Shown: positions 1 through 9,660, counted from the first letter of the stretch. The stretch is DNA of 64,000 nucleotides from Portibacter sp. (GCA_040391315.1 JBEBYC010000011.1:46962-110961), one strand, 5' to 3'. Notes: generated from the sequence alone by a model not told the origin. Program-made: numbers and translations.

Positions 1-823
1 CGTTCTCACTATGCTTTAGCATTCTCAAGTAAAGGGTTTTCATCCCATTATTGATCAACCATGCATCCCAAGGATTAGATGTTGCGCCAATTAGTTTTAG
101 ACTGCAGGCAATTTGGTTTTTTACTTTTTCATGATACGAAATAATAATACCTGCGATCGAATTACCATGGCCATTAATGTATTTTGTTGTAGAATGGATG
201 ACAAAGTCCACACCCAAACCAAGAGGTTGCTGGATTATTGGCGTACAAAATGTATTGTCAACACTAGACCAAACCCCATATTTTTTTGCTATTTTAGCTA
301 CAGCATAAATATCAATACAACTTAATACAGGGTTTGCTGGCGTTTCAAAATATATCATTTTAATATCCCGATTGGATTGTATCATATGTTCGACAACTTC
401 CAAATCATCAAACGTACAATACTTCACTTTAATGCCTAGGTTGGAAAGTACTTTTTGAAAAAGCTCTGTAGTTCCACCATACAAATCCGACTGCGTCAAG
501 ATCGTATCTCCCGATTTAAGTAAAGACATTATCAACACAGAAATTGCAGACATGCCCGAACTTGTCATAAAGCCATACGCATTTAATCCGGTACCATAAG
601 CTTCCAGATCAGCTATTTTTTGCGCTACTGTATCAACGGTTGGATTGCCATACCTACTATATACGTAGCCCTCAATGTCTCCATTAAATATTTGAACGCT
701 CTCTTCTACATTTTCAAATTCAAATGAGGAAGTTGCAAAAATCGGTAACTGATGAGGGATAATCTTTTTATCAACTTTATGATCTTTTACACAAAGTGAC
801 TGAATACTTATCTTTTTGGCCAT
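1..823 (-). CDS. Cys/Met-metabolism PLP-dependent enzyme (O-acetylhomoserine sulfhydrylase / cystathionine gamma-synthase-like); C-terminal part runs off the left window edge
   Basis: Absent from the ORF track because no stop codon lies in the window. My translation of the minus strand from the ATG at 823-821 reads MAKKISIQSLCVKDHKVDKKIIPHQLPIFATSSFEFENVEESVQIFNGDIEGYVYSRYGNPTVDTVAQKIADLEAYG...FVIHSTTKYINGHGNSIAG. The S-x-TK-x-x-GH PLP-lysine block and the YSRxGNPT block are hallmarks of this family. Confidence 0.85.
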   Translation of the reverse strand, partial: MAKKISIQSLCVKDHKVDKKIIPHQLPIFATSSFEFENVEESVQIFNGDIEGYVYSRYGNPTVDTVAQKIADLEAYGTGLNAYGFMTSSGMSAISVLIMSLLKSGDTILTQSDLYGGTTELFQKVLSNLGIKVKYCTFDDLEVVEHMIQSNRDIKMIYFETPANPVLSCIDIYAVAKIAKKYGVWSSVDNTFCTPIIQQPLGLGVDFVIHSTTKYINGHGNSIAGIIISYHEKVKNQIACSLKLIGATSNPWDAWLINNGMKTLYLRMLKHSEN

Positions 824-865
824 AATTTAATACGAATCGGAATCGATATTATTTATTATAAAATG

Positions 866-873
866 CAAAAATA
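866..873 (-). promoter_or_regulatory. Candidate Bacteroidota -7 promoter box (TATTTTTG) for the PLP-enzyme gene
   Basis: Exact match to TAnnTTTG on the minus strand, about 43 nt upstream of the ATG at 823. Confidence 0.45.
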
Positions 874-1083
874 GTGTTTTATACGATTATCATCAATTTA
901 ATTTCTTATTTTGAGGTACACCTTGCTCTAACATAGCTCGCTGCTTGTACTTTTCCAACCAAACATGAAGTTCGAAGCTCTATTGCGGATTGTATGCTTA
1001 TTTTTCTTAAATTCGATACACTTTTTAGAGACCCAAACACTCATTAAGTTGAAACAATACCAATCCACAGATGCAAAAAATGG

Positions 1084-3603
1084 TTAAAAATCTACTCTTA
1101 ATTTAACATTAATTCGTCTTCCTGTAAGGTTATTAGGCAAGGCGTATTCTTCATTAAGGAGCGTTTTAACCCAATTGACAGAGGCTTGATTTGCAATCCC
1201 CAATAAATTGAATGCCTCAATACTCAACCAGCTATTTTCTGCGAAAGCAAGCAAGTGATTAGGTTTGGTTTGTTTCCAGTCAGATTTCCACAATTGAAAT
1301 GAAAATCCGACATCTACCCTTTTATACGCCTTAAGTCTAAAAAAATTTCTAAATTCTGTATTATTTTCTCTCGGTCCATAAGGCAGTCCTGTTCCAACTG
1401 AAAAATTAAGATTTACTTTTACATTTTCATTTTTGGGGAGATAATCCTGAAAAAACATATTTAGCGTCATCAATTGGTCAGTCGGACGTGGAACATCTTT
1501 TACCACATAAGGTACACGCATCGAATCTACCACAGTATATCTAAGGTGATCCACGCCATTCAAGGCCTCTCTTGCACGCAAAAAGGATAAGTTAATCCAA
1601 GATTCTGCTCCAGGTACAAATTCACCATTAATCCTAAAGTCCAAACCCGTTATATATCCGGTTGAATTGTTTTCACCGGCATATCGGATTCTGACATTAT
1701 CTACTTCGTAAGAAACCATATCGTCCAGCTTCTTATAGTAAATTTCACTAATTATACGGAAAGGTTTGTTACTGATTGAAGGCCAATCAAAATCATATGA
1801 TAAACCACCAACCGCATGTAAAGATTTTTGAGATTTCAAATCTAAATTGACCGTACCATCCGGACGCCTCATTTCTCTGTAAACAGGTGCCTGATTATAT
1901 ACTCCACCTGATATTTTGAACGATATATTTTTATTCCAAGCTATGGGGCGATAATACAATTGAACTCTAGGACTGAATAACAATTCGTCGCTAATACTTC
2001 TATAGGTTGCACGTACTCCTGCAATGACTTTAAATTCATTTTTTTCACCTCTGATACTAATTCCATCTTGTACATAACCTTGCCATTTATCATTATTAAT
2101 TTGATTTTGGGTTTTCAGTACTTTAGACAGTAGGATATCTTGTCCATTATAAGGCACTGAATATCCCGCAGAATCCAACCTTTCCCACTCATTGAGCTTG
2201 TCATCAAAAAATTCATGTTGATATTTTGCACTCCATTGCACGAAATGGACGAGTCCATCTTTTTTAGATGATTGCAATTCGAGGCCACCTTTATATTCAA
2301 TATTGTAAATCTGATTAAAAAGGTAATTACGCGTATAGGTATGTTGCGTACCTGTACCTAGTACGGCAATTTCTTTCCCTGTGTTTTCGCCAATGGCAGA
2401 TTCGATTTGTGACAAGCGGTAGTAACCCAAAATGTCATACTTTTCCTCTTCAGCGGCTCTATAACCAGATACGAGCAACTTCATCACCAAGGGGTTTTTA
2501 TCGCGTTCGGGAACGTAAATCAAAGACATTCCGGTCATTGCATATTTAAAATTATCATTTTCCTGTCCTTCAAATATGGTGTTAAGTTCAAGTTGATAAT
2601 CAATGGTACCTTTTTTGCTTTTTCCAGATGCTGGAGTAAAATTATAATTACTCGAATTGTAATTAGAAAGCAGGCTAACCTGAAATTCTTTGGTTAATTC
2701 ATAACTTACAAAGGTCTGCAAATCCATAAATGTTGGAACATATTCGCCTTTGATATCTAATGAACTTAGCAAATTAGCATTTGATTTATACCTAAAACCG
2801 AGTAAATACCTTAGTTTATTGTAAGCATTTTTACCCAATCTTTTACTTCCTTCCAAATGTAGTGATGTACCTAATAAGCTAGCTGTTGCACTTCCTTTAA
2901 ACGCCGTTGGTACTTTATAACGTATATCCAATACAGACGACATTTTATCTCCATACTTACTTTCAAAACCACCGGATGAAAACTCTAGATCACGAATTAA
3001 ATCAATATTAGGAAAGCTTAATCCTTCTTGTTGCCCACTTCGAATCAGCTGAGGTCGGAAGATTTCAAAATCATTGACATAGATTAGGTTTTCATCATAA
3101 TTACCGCCGCGTACACTGTATTGTGATGTTAATTCACCACCTGCACCTGCATTTAAACCGAGTGCAATATGTGGCAAGATACTTTCAAAATTCCCGGAAG
3201 CGGAAGGCAGTATTTTTAATTCAGTCACTTCTTCCCTTACCATTCCAACATCTTCTATCTTTCCAGCACGCACATATATCTCTAAATTGGTTGATTTAGG
3301 TGCCATTTCGATATTGATATTTCTTTTTTGACCAGATTTCATTGGGTTGATATTTAATATCATGTCTTCATACCCTACTCTTACAACCTTAAGACTTACA
3401 TTTTCATTTTCAGGTATGGTTATTTTATAAATACCGTTATGGTCAGACTCTACACTATTATTAGTACCGATTAAAACGATAGCGGCATAATCAATAGTTT
3501 CACCACTATCTAAATCCTTGACAATGCCAAAAACGATAGGTGATTGCGCATTAATTATAAAAACATTTATAAAAAGTAATAAAAACCAGGTAAATCTATT
3601 CAC
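1084..3603 (-). CDS. TonB-dependent outer-membrane receptor with N-terminal carboxypeptidase-regulatory-like domain
   Basis: 839-aa ORF with a GTG start. It has a signal peptide (MNRFTWFLLLFINVFIINAQS) and a CarboxypepD_reg-like beta-sandwich (FGIVKDLDSGETIDYAAIVLIG...NGIYKITIPENENVSLKVVRVGYE). A plug-like region and a long alternating beta-barrel follow, ending in a C-terminal aromatic residue (...NVKLRVDF). Confidence 0.8.
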   Translation of the reverse strand: MNRFTWFLLLFINVFIINAQSPIVFGIVKDLDSGETIDYAAIVLIGTNNSVESDHNGIYKITIPENENVSLKVVRVGYEDMILNINPMKSGQKRNINIEMAPKSTNLEIYVRAGKIEDVGMVREEVTELKILPSASGNFESILPHIALGLNAGAGGELTSQYSVRGGNYDENLIYVNDFEIFRPQLIRSGQQEGLSFPNIDLIRDLEFSSGGFESKYGDKMSSVLDIRYKVPTAFKGSATASLLGTSLHLEGSKRLGKNAYNKLRYLLGFRYKSNANLLSSLDIKGEYVPTFMDLQTFVSYELTKEFQVSLLSNYNSSNYNFTPASGKSKKGTIDYQLELNTIFEGQENDNFKYAMTGMSLIYVPERDKNPLVMKLLVSGYRAAEEEKYDILGYYRLSQIESAIGENTGKEIAVLGTGTQHTYTRNYLFNQIYNIEYKGGLELQSSKKDGLVHFVQWSAKYQHEFFDDKLNEWERLDSAGYSVPYNGQDILLSKVLKTQNQINNDKWQGYVQDGISIRGEKNEFKVIAGVRATYRSISDELLFSPRVQLYYRPIAWNKNISFKISGGVYNQAPVYREMRRPDGTVNLDLKSQKSLHAVGGLSYDFDWPSISNKPFRIISEIYYKKLDDMVSYEVDNVRIRYAGENNSTGYITGLDFRINGEFVPGAESWINLSFLRAREALNGVDHLRYTVVDSMRVPYVVKDVPRPTDQLMTLNMFFQDYLPKNENVKVNLNFSVGTGLPYGPRENNTEFRNFFRLKAYKRVDVGFSFQLWKSDWKQTKPNHLLAFAENSWLSIEAFNLLGIANQASVNWVKTLLNEEYALPNNLTGRRINVKLRVDF

Positions 3604-3715
3604 TATGTAATTTCAATTTTAACCCATAAGTAACGGATAAAAAAGGTATATATTTTATGGTACGCTATCCTATTGCTACGGAAAAACACGATAAGATAAT
3701 GCTTATTTTTAATTT

Positions 3716-3723
3716 CAAATATA
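3716..3723 (-). promoter_or_regulatory. Candidate -7 promoter box (TATATTTG) upstream of the TonB-dependent receptor gene
   Basis: Exact TAnnTTTG on the minus strand, about 113 nt upstream of the GTG start at 3603 and 12 nt downstream of the rpe stop. Confidence 0.35.
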
Positions 3724-3734
3724 TAATTCTACGA

Positions 3735-4409
3735 TTAAGCATAATATCCTCTGATGCCAATATTTTTTAGTGCATAAACTGCCAAATTAGGATTTTCTGC
3801 GCTAAATACACTATTTCCAGCAACAAGAACATCTGCACCTGCTTGTAGAATTGCTTCTGCATTTTGAAGTCCTACTCCCCCATCAACTTCAATCAATGCT
3901 TGTGCATTTCTAGTCGCAATCATATCTTTAAGTGTTTTGATTTTATTAATGGTTTGGTAGATAAACTTCTGACCGCCAAATCCTGGATTAACACTCATTA
4001 ATATTACAAGATCAATATCTTCTATGATTTCTTCCAGATGTTGTACGGAAGTATGTGGATTGATCGCAACTCCGGCTTTAGCACCCGTATTTTTAATCTG
4101 TTGAATTACACGATGTAAATGTGGACAAGCCTCTAAATGTACCGAAATATTATCGGCACCGGCATCTCTAAATATTTCAATATATCGCTCGGGTTTTTCA
4201 ATCATCAAATGCACATCTAAAGGCAACTTACTGGATTTTTTAGCGACTTTTACGATTTCAGGTCCAAAGGAAATATTGGGAACAAACATACCATCCATAA
4301 TGTCCACATGAAGCCAATCTGCTTCTGTTTGATTAATCATTTCGATATCACTTACGAGATTTCCGAAGTCTGCAGCCAGTAATGAAGGCGCAATTAAGTG
4401 TTTAACCAT
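3735..4409 (-). CDS. rpe: Ribulose-phosphate 3-epimerase
   Basis: 224 aa. Blocks APSLLAADFGNL, HVDIMDGMFVPNISFG, DVHLMIEKPE, MSVNPGFGGQKF and EVDGGV are canonical Rpe motifs. Confidence 0.95.
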   Translation of the reverse strand: MVKHLIAPSLLAADFGNLVSDIEMINQTEADWLHVDIMDGMFVPNISFGPEIVKVAKKSSKLPLDVHLMIEKPERYIEIFRDAGADNISVHLEACPHLHRVIQQIKNTGAKAGVAINPHTSVQHLEEIIEDIDLVILMSVNPGFGGQKFIYQTINKIKTLKDMIATRNAQALIEVDGGVGLQNAEAILQAGADVLVAGNSVFSAENPNLAVYALKNIGIRGYYA

Positions 4410-4419
4410 ATTTCAAAAA

Positions 4420-4463
4420 TAAAAAAACTCAATATTGGACACAAAGGTCACAATATTGAGTTT
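4420..4463 (-). terminator. Rho-independent terminator after the metalloprotease gene
   Basis: Perfect 11-bp stem (ACTCAATATTG at 4427-4437, CAATATTGAGT at 4451-4461) with a 13-nt loop. On the minus strand it is followed by TTTTTTTATTTTT. It lies between the stop at 4487 and the rpe start at 4409. Confidence 0.75.
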
Positions 4464-4486
4464 AATATTCAACTATTTTATAGATA

Positions 4487-7400
4487 TTATCTAAATATAG
4501 TGATTTTATTAGGAATAATTACGTTATCCGTTTTCAAATTTAGAATATACATGCCATTAGGTACATCAGTTATATCTAAAGAAACATTTTGCTTTTCACC
4601 GATAAACATGGTTTGTTCTAAAATACTTTGACCTGTTGTACTTACAAGTTGTAATGTACACTCAGAAGACAACTGTTTTTCTATCTGTACATTTATGAAA
4701 TCTTTAGCCGGATTTGGATAAATATTAATTCCATACACAGCATGTAAGTCGGATACTCCTACTGTAATAGCCAAATTTTTTGTAATCGTATCTGAGCCAC
4801 AGCCATTTCCTGTAACTAAAGTTACTGTATATTGACCACTTGAAGTATAAGTATGTTCAGGGCTTAGTTCAGTACTTGAAAATCCATCGCCAAATTCCCA
4901 ATTTTGATAAGCTTGACCAGAACCTGTCAATAAAAACTTCACGTTCTCAGCATTTATGTTATATTCAAAATCTGCATGTGGTTTTGTATTAATAGTAACA
5001 AATGATCGCAAAGTATCCGTACCATAACTATTGGTAGCAATTAAAACAACTAAGTAAGTACCCGTAGCATTATAAGTAACATTTACAATTTGCTCCTCAG
5101 ATGTAGCGGGAGTTCCACCTTCAAATTCCCAAACAAAACTATTGCCACCATTAGCTACAAAGTTTACTTCCTGATTTTCACATAAAATACCTCCACCATT
5201 TGCCGTGAATGATGCTTCGGGATAACCTGTAATATTAATCGATATAGTATCCGAAACAGCAGTTCCACATTTATTTGAATTAGTTAAAATAACATTATAA
5301 ATTCCATTTGAAGGCACTGTAACGACTACATATTCTCCTGTTTCAGTTGTTGAAAATTCATCGTTGAATATTTCCCATGAAGATGAGGAACTATTAATAT
5401 CTGTATTGGTCAATTCAATCTGATTATTGATTGCTTCCCCGACAAATGATGCAGTCACAGGTGCAAGCACGCTAATAAAGGCTGTTTTTGTAACTGTAGC
5501 TTGACCAGAAGCATTCGTAACCGTAAGCGAAACATTAAATTCTCCTGATGCACTATATACGACTGTCGGATTTTCTTCATTTGAAGTAGCAGGAATACCA
5601 CCTTCAAATTCCCATGTCCAACTTGTAGCAGAAGGTGATGATAGATTTTCAAACTGAACTGTTTCACCTGGACAAACCACATTGTCAACAGCGTCAAAAT
5701 CAGCTGTCGGTAAAAGTACAACGTTTATTATTTTAGTAAATTCAGTAACACCACAATCGTTTTCAGCACTTAGCATTACAGTATAAGTACCTTCACCAGC
5801 ATAGGTATGCGAAGGATTTGTATCGGTAGAAGTAGATCCATCACCAAAGTCCCAACTATGATTAGTAGCGCCAATAATATTTTGAGTAAAATCAACTTTT
5901 AATCCATCTGCCCTTTCGGTAAATGCCACTACAGGTTTAGGCTCAACAACAATATAATTATTGAATTCAATTTGATTCGTACCGTAATCATTGGTAACCG
6001 AAAGTGTCACTTTAAACGAGCCACTATTATTATATTGAACTATTGGATTTTCATCTGTTGAAGTACTTGGTATTCCTCCTTCAAATTCCCAAACAAAAGA
6101 AGTCGGACCATAAGTTGAAGTACTAGTAAACTGTACTGTTTCTTCAACACAAATCGGACCTGAATAATCAGAAGTAAAAGAAGGAATCGGTGCAATAGCT
6201 ATCGTAATTGTCGAAGTTTGCGTTTTAGTTGAACATCCATTTGTTACAGACTGTATAACTGTATAAACACCATTATCTTTATAAATATGAATTGGATTTT
6301 GATCTATGCTTGTTTCACCATCACCAAAATCCCAACTATAGCTTGTTCCATAACTTGAATTATCTATAAATGTTATTGTATTTCCAGATGTTGAATAACT
6401 AAACCCAGCTATTGGTGATTGGTCAACAACAATAAAATTATTAACCGTTTTTGAATGCGTACCTGCAAAATTAGACACTTCCAATGTAACGTCATAAGCA
6501 CCGGCATCATTATATACAACAACCGGATTTTCATCTGTTGAAGTTGAAGGTGTTCCACCGGGGAATGACCAGAAAAAGCTTTCAGCATCCTTTGACTGAT
6601 TCAAAAAATTAACCGTCAAAGGGTTACAACCGTTTGTAATATTTGAATCAAAATCAGCAGATGGAGGAACTAATATTTCAATTGTTTCCCAAGTTGAATT
6701 CGTACCACATTCATTACTAACTTGTAAAGTAACTTGATAATACCCATTATTAGCATAGGTGTGTACAGGATTTTGAACGAAAGAATTCGGTGAGCCGTCA
6801 CCAAAATCCCATTCCCAGTTTGTAGCTCCGATACTTTCATCCTGGAATAAAACTTCATAACCATTGACCGTGTAGCTAAAAAGTGGTACCGGTACTTCTT
6901 TACCAATAACGGTAATACTTATTGTCTTCGTGTTAGAAAGTGAACCATTTGAAGCTGTAAGCGTCACATTAAATGTTCCGGATGCATAATATAAAATCAA
7001 AGGATCTTTTTGCGTTGAAGTTGCCGGATATCCTCCTTCAAATGTCCAGCTATACGAAGTTGCGAAAGTAGAAGTATTTGTAAATTGAATTTGTACTGGT
7101 GTACATTGCTCGATAACAAGGTATGTAAAATCAGCAACTGGTGGATTATTAGGCGTACATGTTGAAAGACAATTCAAACCACTATAAAAGTTTTCAATCT
7201 GAGTTTTTGAAAGCGGATCCCAAAAATTATCATAGCTCACAGAAGGCTGCATTATACCAGTGTTGCTATGGACTGCATCAAAATTGTGACCAATTTCATG
7301 TGCTTGCAAACATCTTTTCAAATCTGCATCACTTGAAAAATCTTGCAACACATTATACTTATAATTGGAACAAACTGTTCCAACCCAAGCAAGACCAATT

Positions 7401-8308
7401 GTACTACCATTAAAATTTCGATTTGACCATAATGAAGCTACATCATGTGAAGTGCTGAAACCACCCGGGCCCCAACTTGTAAAGCTATTGAGTAAAACAC
7501 CGGAGTCCGTATTTGAAGACCATGGATCACAACTTGAACATGATGAAATCCACTGCTCATTTAATTTTAACTGTAATTCATCTGCAAAGCCACTATCATA
7601 ATTGGTTTTCACATTATTAAGCACACCCAAATTATGATTTTCAACAGCTGATACAGATCCATACTTTTGAACCATAGAATAGTCAGCAGCTAAATTTATC
7701 TCTACTTCCTTACACTCATTAGCTCTTGTACTTCCATGATCATGACGATGGTTGTCTGAGTCAGTTCTGTGCTTATCCATTTCGTGTTTATACTGATCGT
7801 AACCACATTGTAAGTTTCTACTACTCAAAACATCTTTCGTGTTATACACGATAAATTCGTTAGTGGAAGCAGACGATTGATAATGTCTAAGTGGTTCAAT
7901 AAACAACATCGTAGCACCTGTACTGATAAAACCATATATAAAATCATCATTAAAAGTAAGACTTACCTGACTATCAGAATGATTTAGTACATAACCTGAC
8001 ATTGCGAGTGCATTGGTTCCATAAGTCGTTTTAATGCCCTCTTCAGTTGCTACATTCAAAACATAGTTTTCACTAATTAAACCTGAATTTTTAAGCACTA
8101 AATCCCAAGTGTATTGCTCATTTAGGCTTAATGTCAGACTGCCATTATATCGCTTAGACTGTAACTCCTGATATACGTTTCTCACATCCAATTTAACAAT
8201 GTCGTACTTTTTAAACTTTTCATTTAAAACCACATTGTGTTGTGCAGACAATTGAATGGAAACCGTACTGATTAGGAAAAACAGTGCTACCTTTAAAAAT
8301 TTTGTCAT
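4487..8308 (-). CDS. Secreted metzincin-like zinc metalloprotease with ten PKD domains and a type-A T9SS C-terminal sorting domain
   Basis: 1,273 aa. Signal peptide MTKFLKVALFFLISTVSIQLSAQ and zinc motif AHEIGHNFDAVHS (HExxHxxxxxH, reprolysin/M12B-like). Ten PKD-like repeats carry WxFEGGxPxTS or WDFGDGS cores. The C-terminal tail is INIYPNPAKDFINVQ...MYILNLKTDNVIIPNKITIFR. Confidence 0.85.
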   Translation of the reverse strand: MTKFLKVALFFLISTVSIQLSAQHNVVLNEKFKKYDIVKLDVRNVYQELQSKRYNGSLTLSLNEQYTWDLVLKNSGLISENYVLNVATEEGIKTTYGTNALAMSGYVLNHSDSQVSLTFNDDFIYGFISTGATMLFIEPLRHYQSSASTNEFIVYNTKDVLSSRNLQCGYDQYKHEMDKHRTDSDNHRHDHGSTRANECKEVEINLAADYSMVQKYGSVSAVENHNLGVLNNVKTNYDSGFADELQLKLNEQWISSCSSCDPWSSNTDSGVLLNSFTSWGPGGFSTSHDVASLWSNRNFNGSTIGLAWVGTVCSNYKYNVLQDFSSDADLKRCLQAHEIGHNFDAVHSNTGIMQPSVSYDNFWDPLSKTQIENFYSGLNCLSTCTPNNPPVADFTYLVIEQCTPVQIQFTNTSTFATSYSWTFEGGYPATSTQKDPLILYYASGTFNVTLTASNGSLSNTKTISITVIGKEVPVPLFSYTVNGYEVLFQDESIGATNWEWDFGDGSPNSFVQNPVHTYANNGYYQVTLQVSNECGTNSTWETIEILVPPSADFDSNITNGCNPLTVNFLNQSKDAESFFWSFPGGTPSTSTDENPVVVYNDAGAYDVTLEVSNFAGTHSKTVNNFIVVDQSPIAGFSYSTSGNTITFIDNSSYGTSYSWDFGDGETSIDQNPIHIYKDNGVYTVIQSVTNGCSTKTQTSTITIAIAPIPSFTSDYSGPICVEETVQFTSTSTYGPTSFVWEFEGGIPSTSTDENPIVQYNNSGSFKVTLSVTNDYGTNQIEFNNYIVVEPKPVVAFTERADGLKVDFTQNIIGATNHSWDFGDGSTSTDTNPSHTYAGEGTYTVMLSAENDCGVTEFTKIINVVLLPTADFDAVDNVVCPGETVQFENLSSPSATSWTWEFEGGIPATSNEENPTVVYSASGEFNVSLTVTNASGQATVTKTAFISVLAPVTASFVGEAINNQIELTNTDINSSSSSWEIFNDEFSTTETGEYVVVTVPSNGIYNVILTNSNKCGTAVSDTISINITGYPEASFTANGGGILCENQEVNFVANGGNSFVWEFEGGTPATSEEQIVNVTYNATGTYLVVLIATNSYGTDTLRSFVTINTKPHADFEYNINAENVKFLLTGSGQAYQNWEFGDGFSSTELSPEHTYTSSGQYTVTLVTGNGCGSDTITKNLAITVGVSDLHAVYGINIYPNPAKDFINVQIEKQLSSECTLQLVSTTGQSILEQTMFIGEKQNVSLDITDVPNGMYILNLKTDNVIIPNKITIFR
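4760..7146 (-). repeat. Tandem array of ten PKD-domain coding repeats organised as five A-B di-domain units
   Basis: Alternating subtypes. A has a WxFEGG(I/T/Y)P(A/S)TS core (WTFEGGYPATS, WSFPGGTPSTS, WEFEGGIPSTS, WEFEGGIPATS, WEFEGGTPATS). B has a W(D/E)FGDG core (WDFGDGSP, WDFGDGET, WDFGDGST, one degenerate copy, WEFGDGFS). DNA-level echoes are visible, for example CCTTCAAATTCCCAAACAAA near 5114 and 6079. Confidence 0.8.
7269..7301 (-). other. Zinc-binding catalytic motif HEIGHNFDAVH of the metalloprotease
   Basis: The reverse complement of 7269-7301 encodes H-E-I-G-H-N-F-D-A-V-H. It follows the metzincin HExxHxxGxxH pattern, but Asp replaces the usually invariant Gly. Confidence 0.8.
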
Positions 8309-8376
8309 AAAATTATTGTAAATGTGTTGTTAGAATAAAAATATCAATGCAAATTAAATACTTTATCAAGGAATAT

Positions 8377-8384
8377 CAAAAGTA
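8377..8384 (-). promoter_or_regulatory. Candidate -7 promoter box (TACTTTTG) for the metalloprotease gene
   Basis: Exact TAnnTTTG on the minus strand, about 69 nt upstream of the ATG at 8308. Confidence 0.4.
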
Positions 8385-8574
8385 TTTATAAAAAAATTTT
8401 ATTTCAGTGGGAAAAGAATAGTACTAATATAATATTATTAAAAAAGAACGGTAAATCAATATCTATTTTAGGTAATTAATTCGGTCTTTTCGTACGAGCT
8501 ATAAAATGTATTTATAGTAAACAAAGTCGAATAAAATTGTTTCAAAAAATGTTCAGATTATACCTTCAAAATGA

Positions 8575-9660
8575 CTAATTGCTAGCGACAAAATCTAAAC
8601 CGAGACTAAAAATATGAGAGACGAGTACACCACTGACACTTCCGATATTTGCTAAAGCATAATCTATTTTTAATCGACCTAATTTCAAACCTAATCCTAC
8701 ATTGGGTTGAAATTCAAAACTACGATGAGCGGTATTGACAGGATTGATCACTGACTGCAAATTTCCAATTCCGGCGCGCAAAAAGACCTTATCAACATAT
8801 CCAACTTCTAATCCCAAACTAGGGTCTAAACTAAATCTATTCGTAGAAATTACAGCTGCTTTTGTACCGTTAGTTGACAAGTTCATATCCAACTCTCCTA
8901 GAAATGAAAATTGTCCTTTTGTAAAGTGATATGCACCACCAAGTACGATTCTAGGTAAAGTTAACTCAGTACTACTTACTGGTATATCGTTGTCCGTTGC
9001 TTGAAATATTTGTTTTTCCTTTTCGGTAAGGTTAAATGTCCATGCATTAAACGTAGTAGTTATATCCCTTCCTGCAATACCAAAAGTCAGAGATGAACTT
9101 GCTTTAAACAAGGCACTAAAATCCGCCCCAAAACCCCAAGCTTTACCAAAAGACCCTATAGATCTGTGAATAACTTTAATATTGCCACCAAGTGCCCACT
9201 TCCCTTCCAAATCTAAAGCGCGCGCATACGAAAATATTGCAGCAAAATCTGCGGCAGAAAAATTTGTAACCCGATCATAGTCAACGGTTCCGTCAGGTCC
9301 GATGAGATTTAATGTATTTGGAATATTATCAACTCCGAGACGTACAAATGAAAATGCAGCCACATGATTGATTTCGCCCGACATTTTTTTAGCAATAGAA
9401 GCAAAATCGTAATTAGCAATGCCGCCAAACCAATTTGCATGCATTCCATTGATTTGTAAATCACTCGTTATATTAATTAACGCGGCCGGATTCCAATATC
9501 CTGCTGTACCATCTTGTACGGATGCAACGACAGATCCAGACATACCATGCGCCCGTGCACCTACACCAATATTCAAAAATTCATTGACAAACTTCTGTGC
9601 GTTTGCATTAATAATACCACTAAAAAAAATAAATATAATGATCCAACGCTTATTTGTCAT
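8575..9660 (-). CDS. PorV/PorQ-family outer-membrane beta-barrel protein (T9SS-associated)
   Basis: 361 aa with signal peptide ...FFSGIINANAQ. The N-terminal block FLNIGVGARAHGMSGSVVASVQDGTAGYWNPAAL resembles the FLxIxxxARxxGMGxxxxA...NPA signature of PorV/PorQ-type barrels. The rest shows an alternating beta-strand pattern, with the last strand LGLDFVASN. Confidence 0.55.
   Translation of the reverse strand: MTNKRWIIIFIFFSGIINANAQKFVNEFLNIGVGARAHGMSGSVVASVQDGTAGYWNPAALINITSDLQINGMHANWFGGIANYDFASIAKKMSGEINHVAAFSFVRLGVDNIPNTLNLIGPDGTVDYDRVTNFSAADFAAIFSYARALDLEGKWALGGNIKVIHRSIGSFGKAWGFGADFSALFKASSSLTFGIAGRDITTTFNAWTFNLTEKEKQIFQATDNDIPVSSTELTLPRIVLGGAYHFTKGQFSFLGELDMNLSTNGTKAAVISTNRFSLDPSLGLEVGYVDKVFLRAGIGNLQSVINPVNTAHRSFEFQPNVGLGLKLGRLKIDYALANIGSVSGVLVSHIFSLGLDFVASN

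Noticed and set aside
113-325. 70-aa plus-strand ORF at the left edge
   Set aside because: It lies entirely antisense to a well-supported PLP-enzyme gene (1-823, minus strand). It has no recognisable motif and a low-complexity composition.
824-1083. Possible SAM riboswitch upstream of the sulfhydrylase-like gene
   Set aside because: I read the minus-strand upstream sequence and found none of the SAM-I conserved blocks. An exact TAnnTTTG box lies only about 43 nt from the ATG, leaving too short a leader for a riboswitch.
4760-7146. Periodic DNA repeats that could be mistaken for a CRISPR-like or satellite array
   Set aside because: The period is about 240-250 nt and lies in frame inside a long ORF. 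The repeats encode PKD domains, and there are no short direct repeats with unique spacers.
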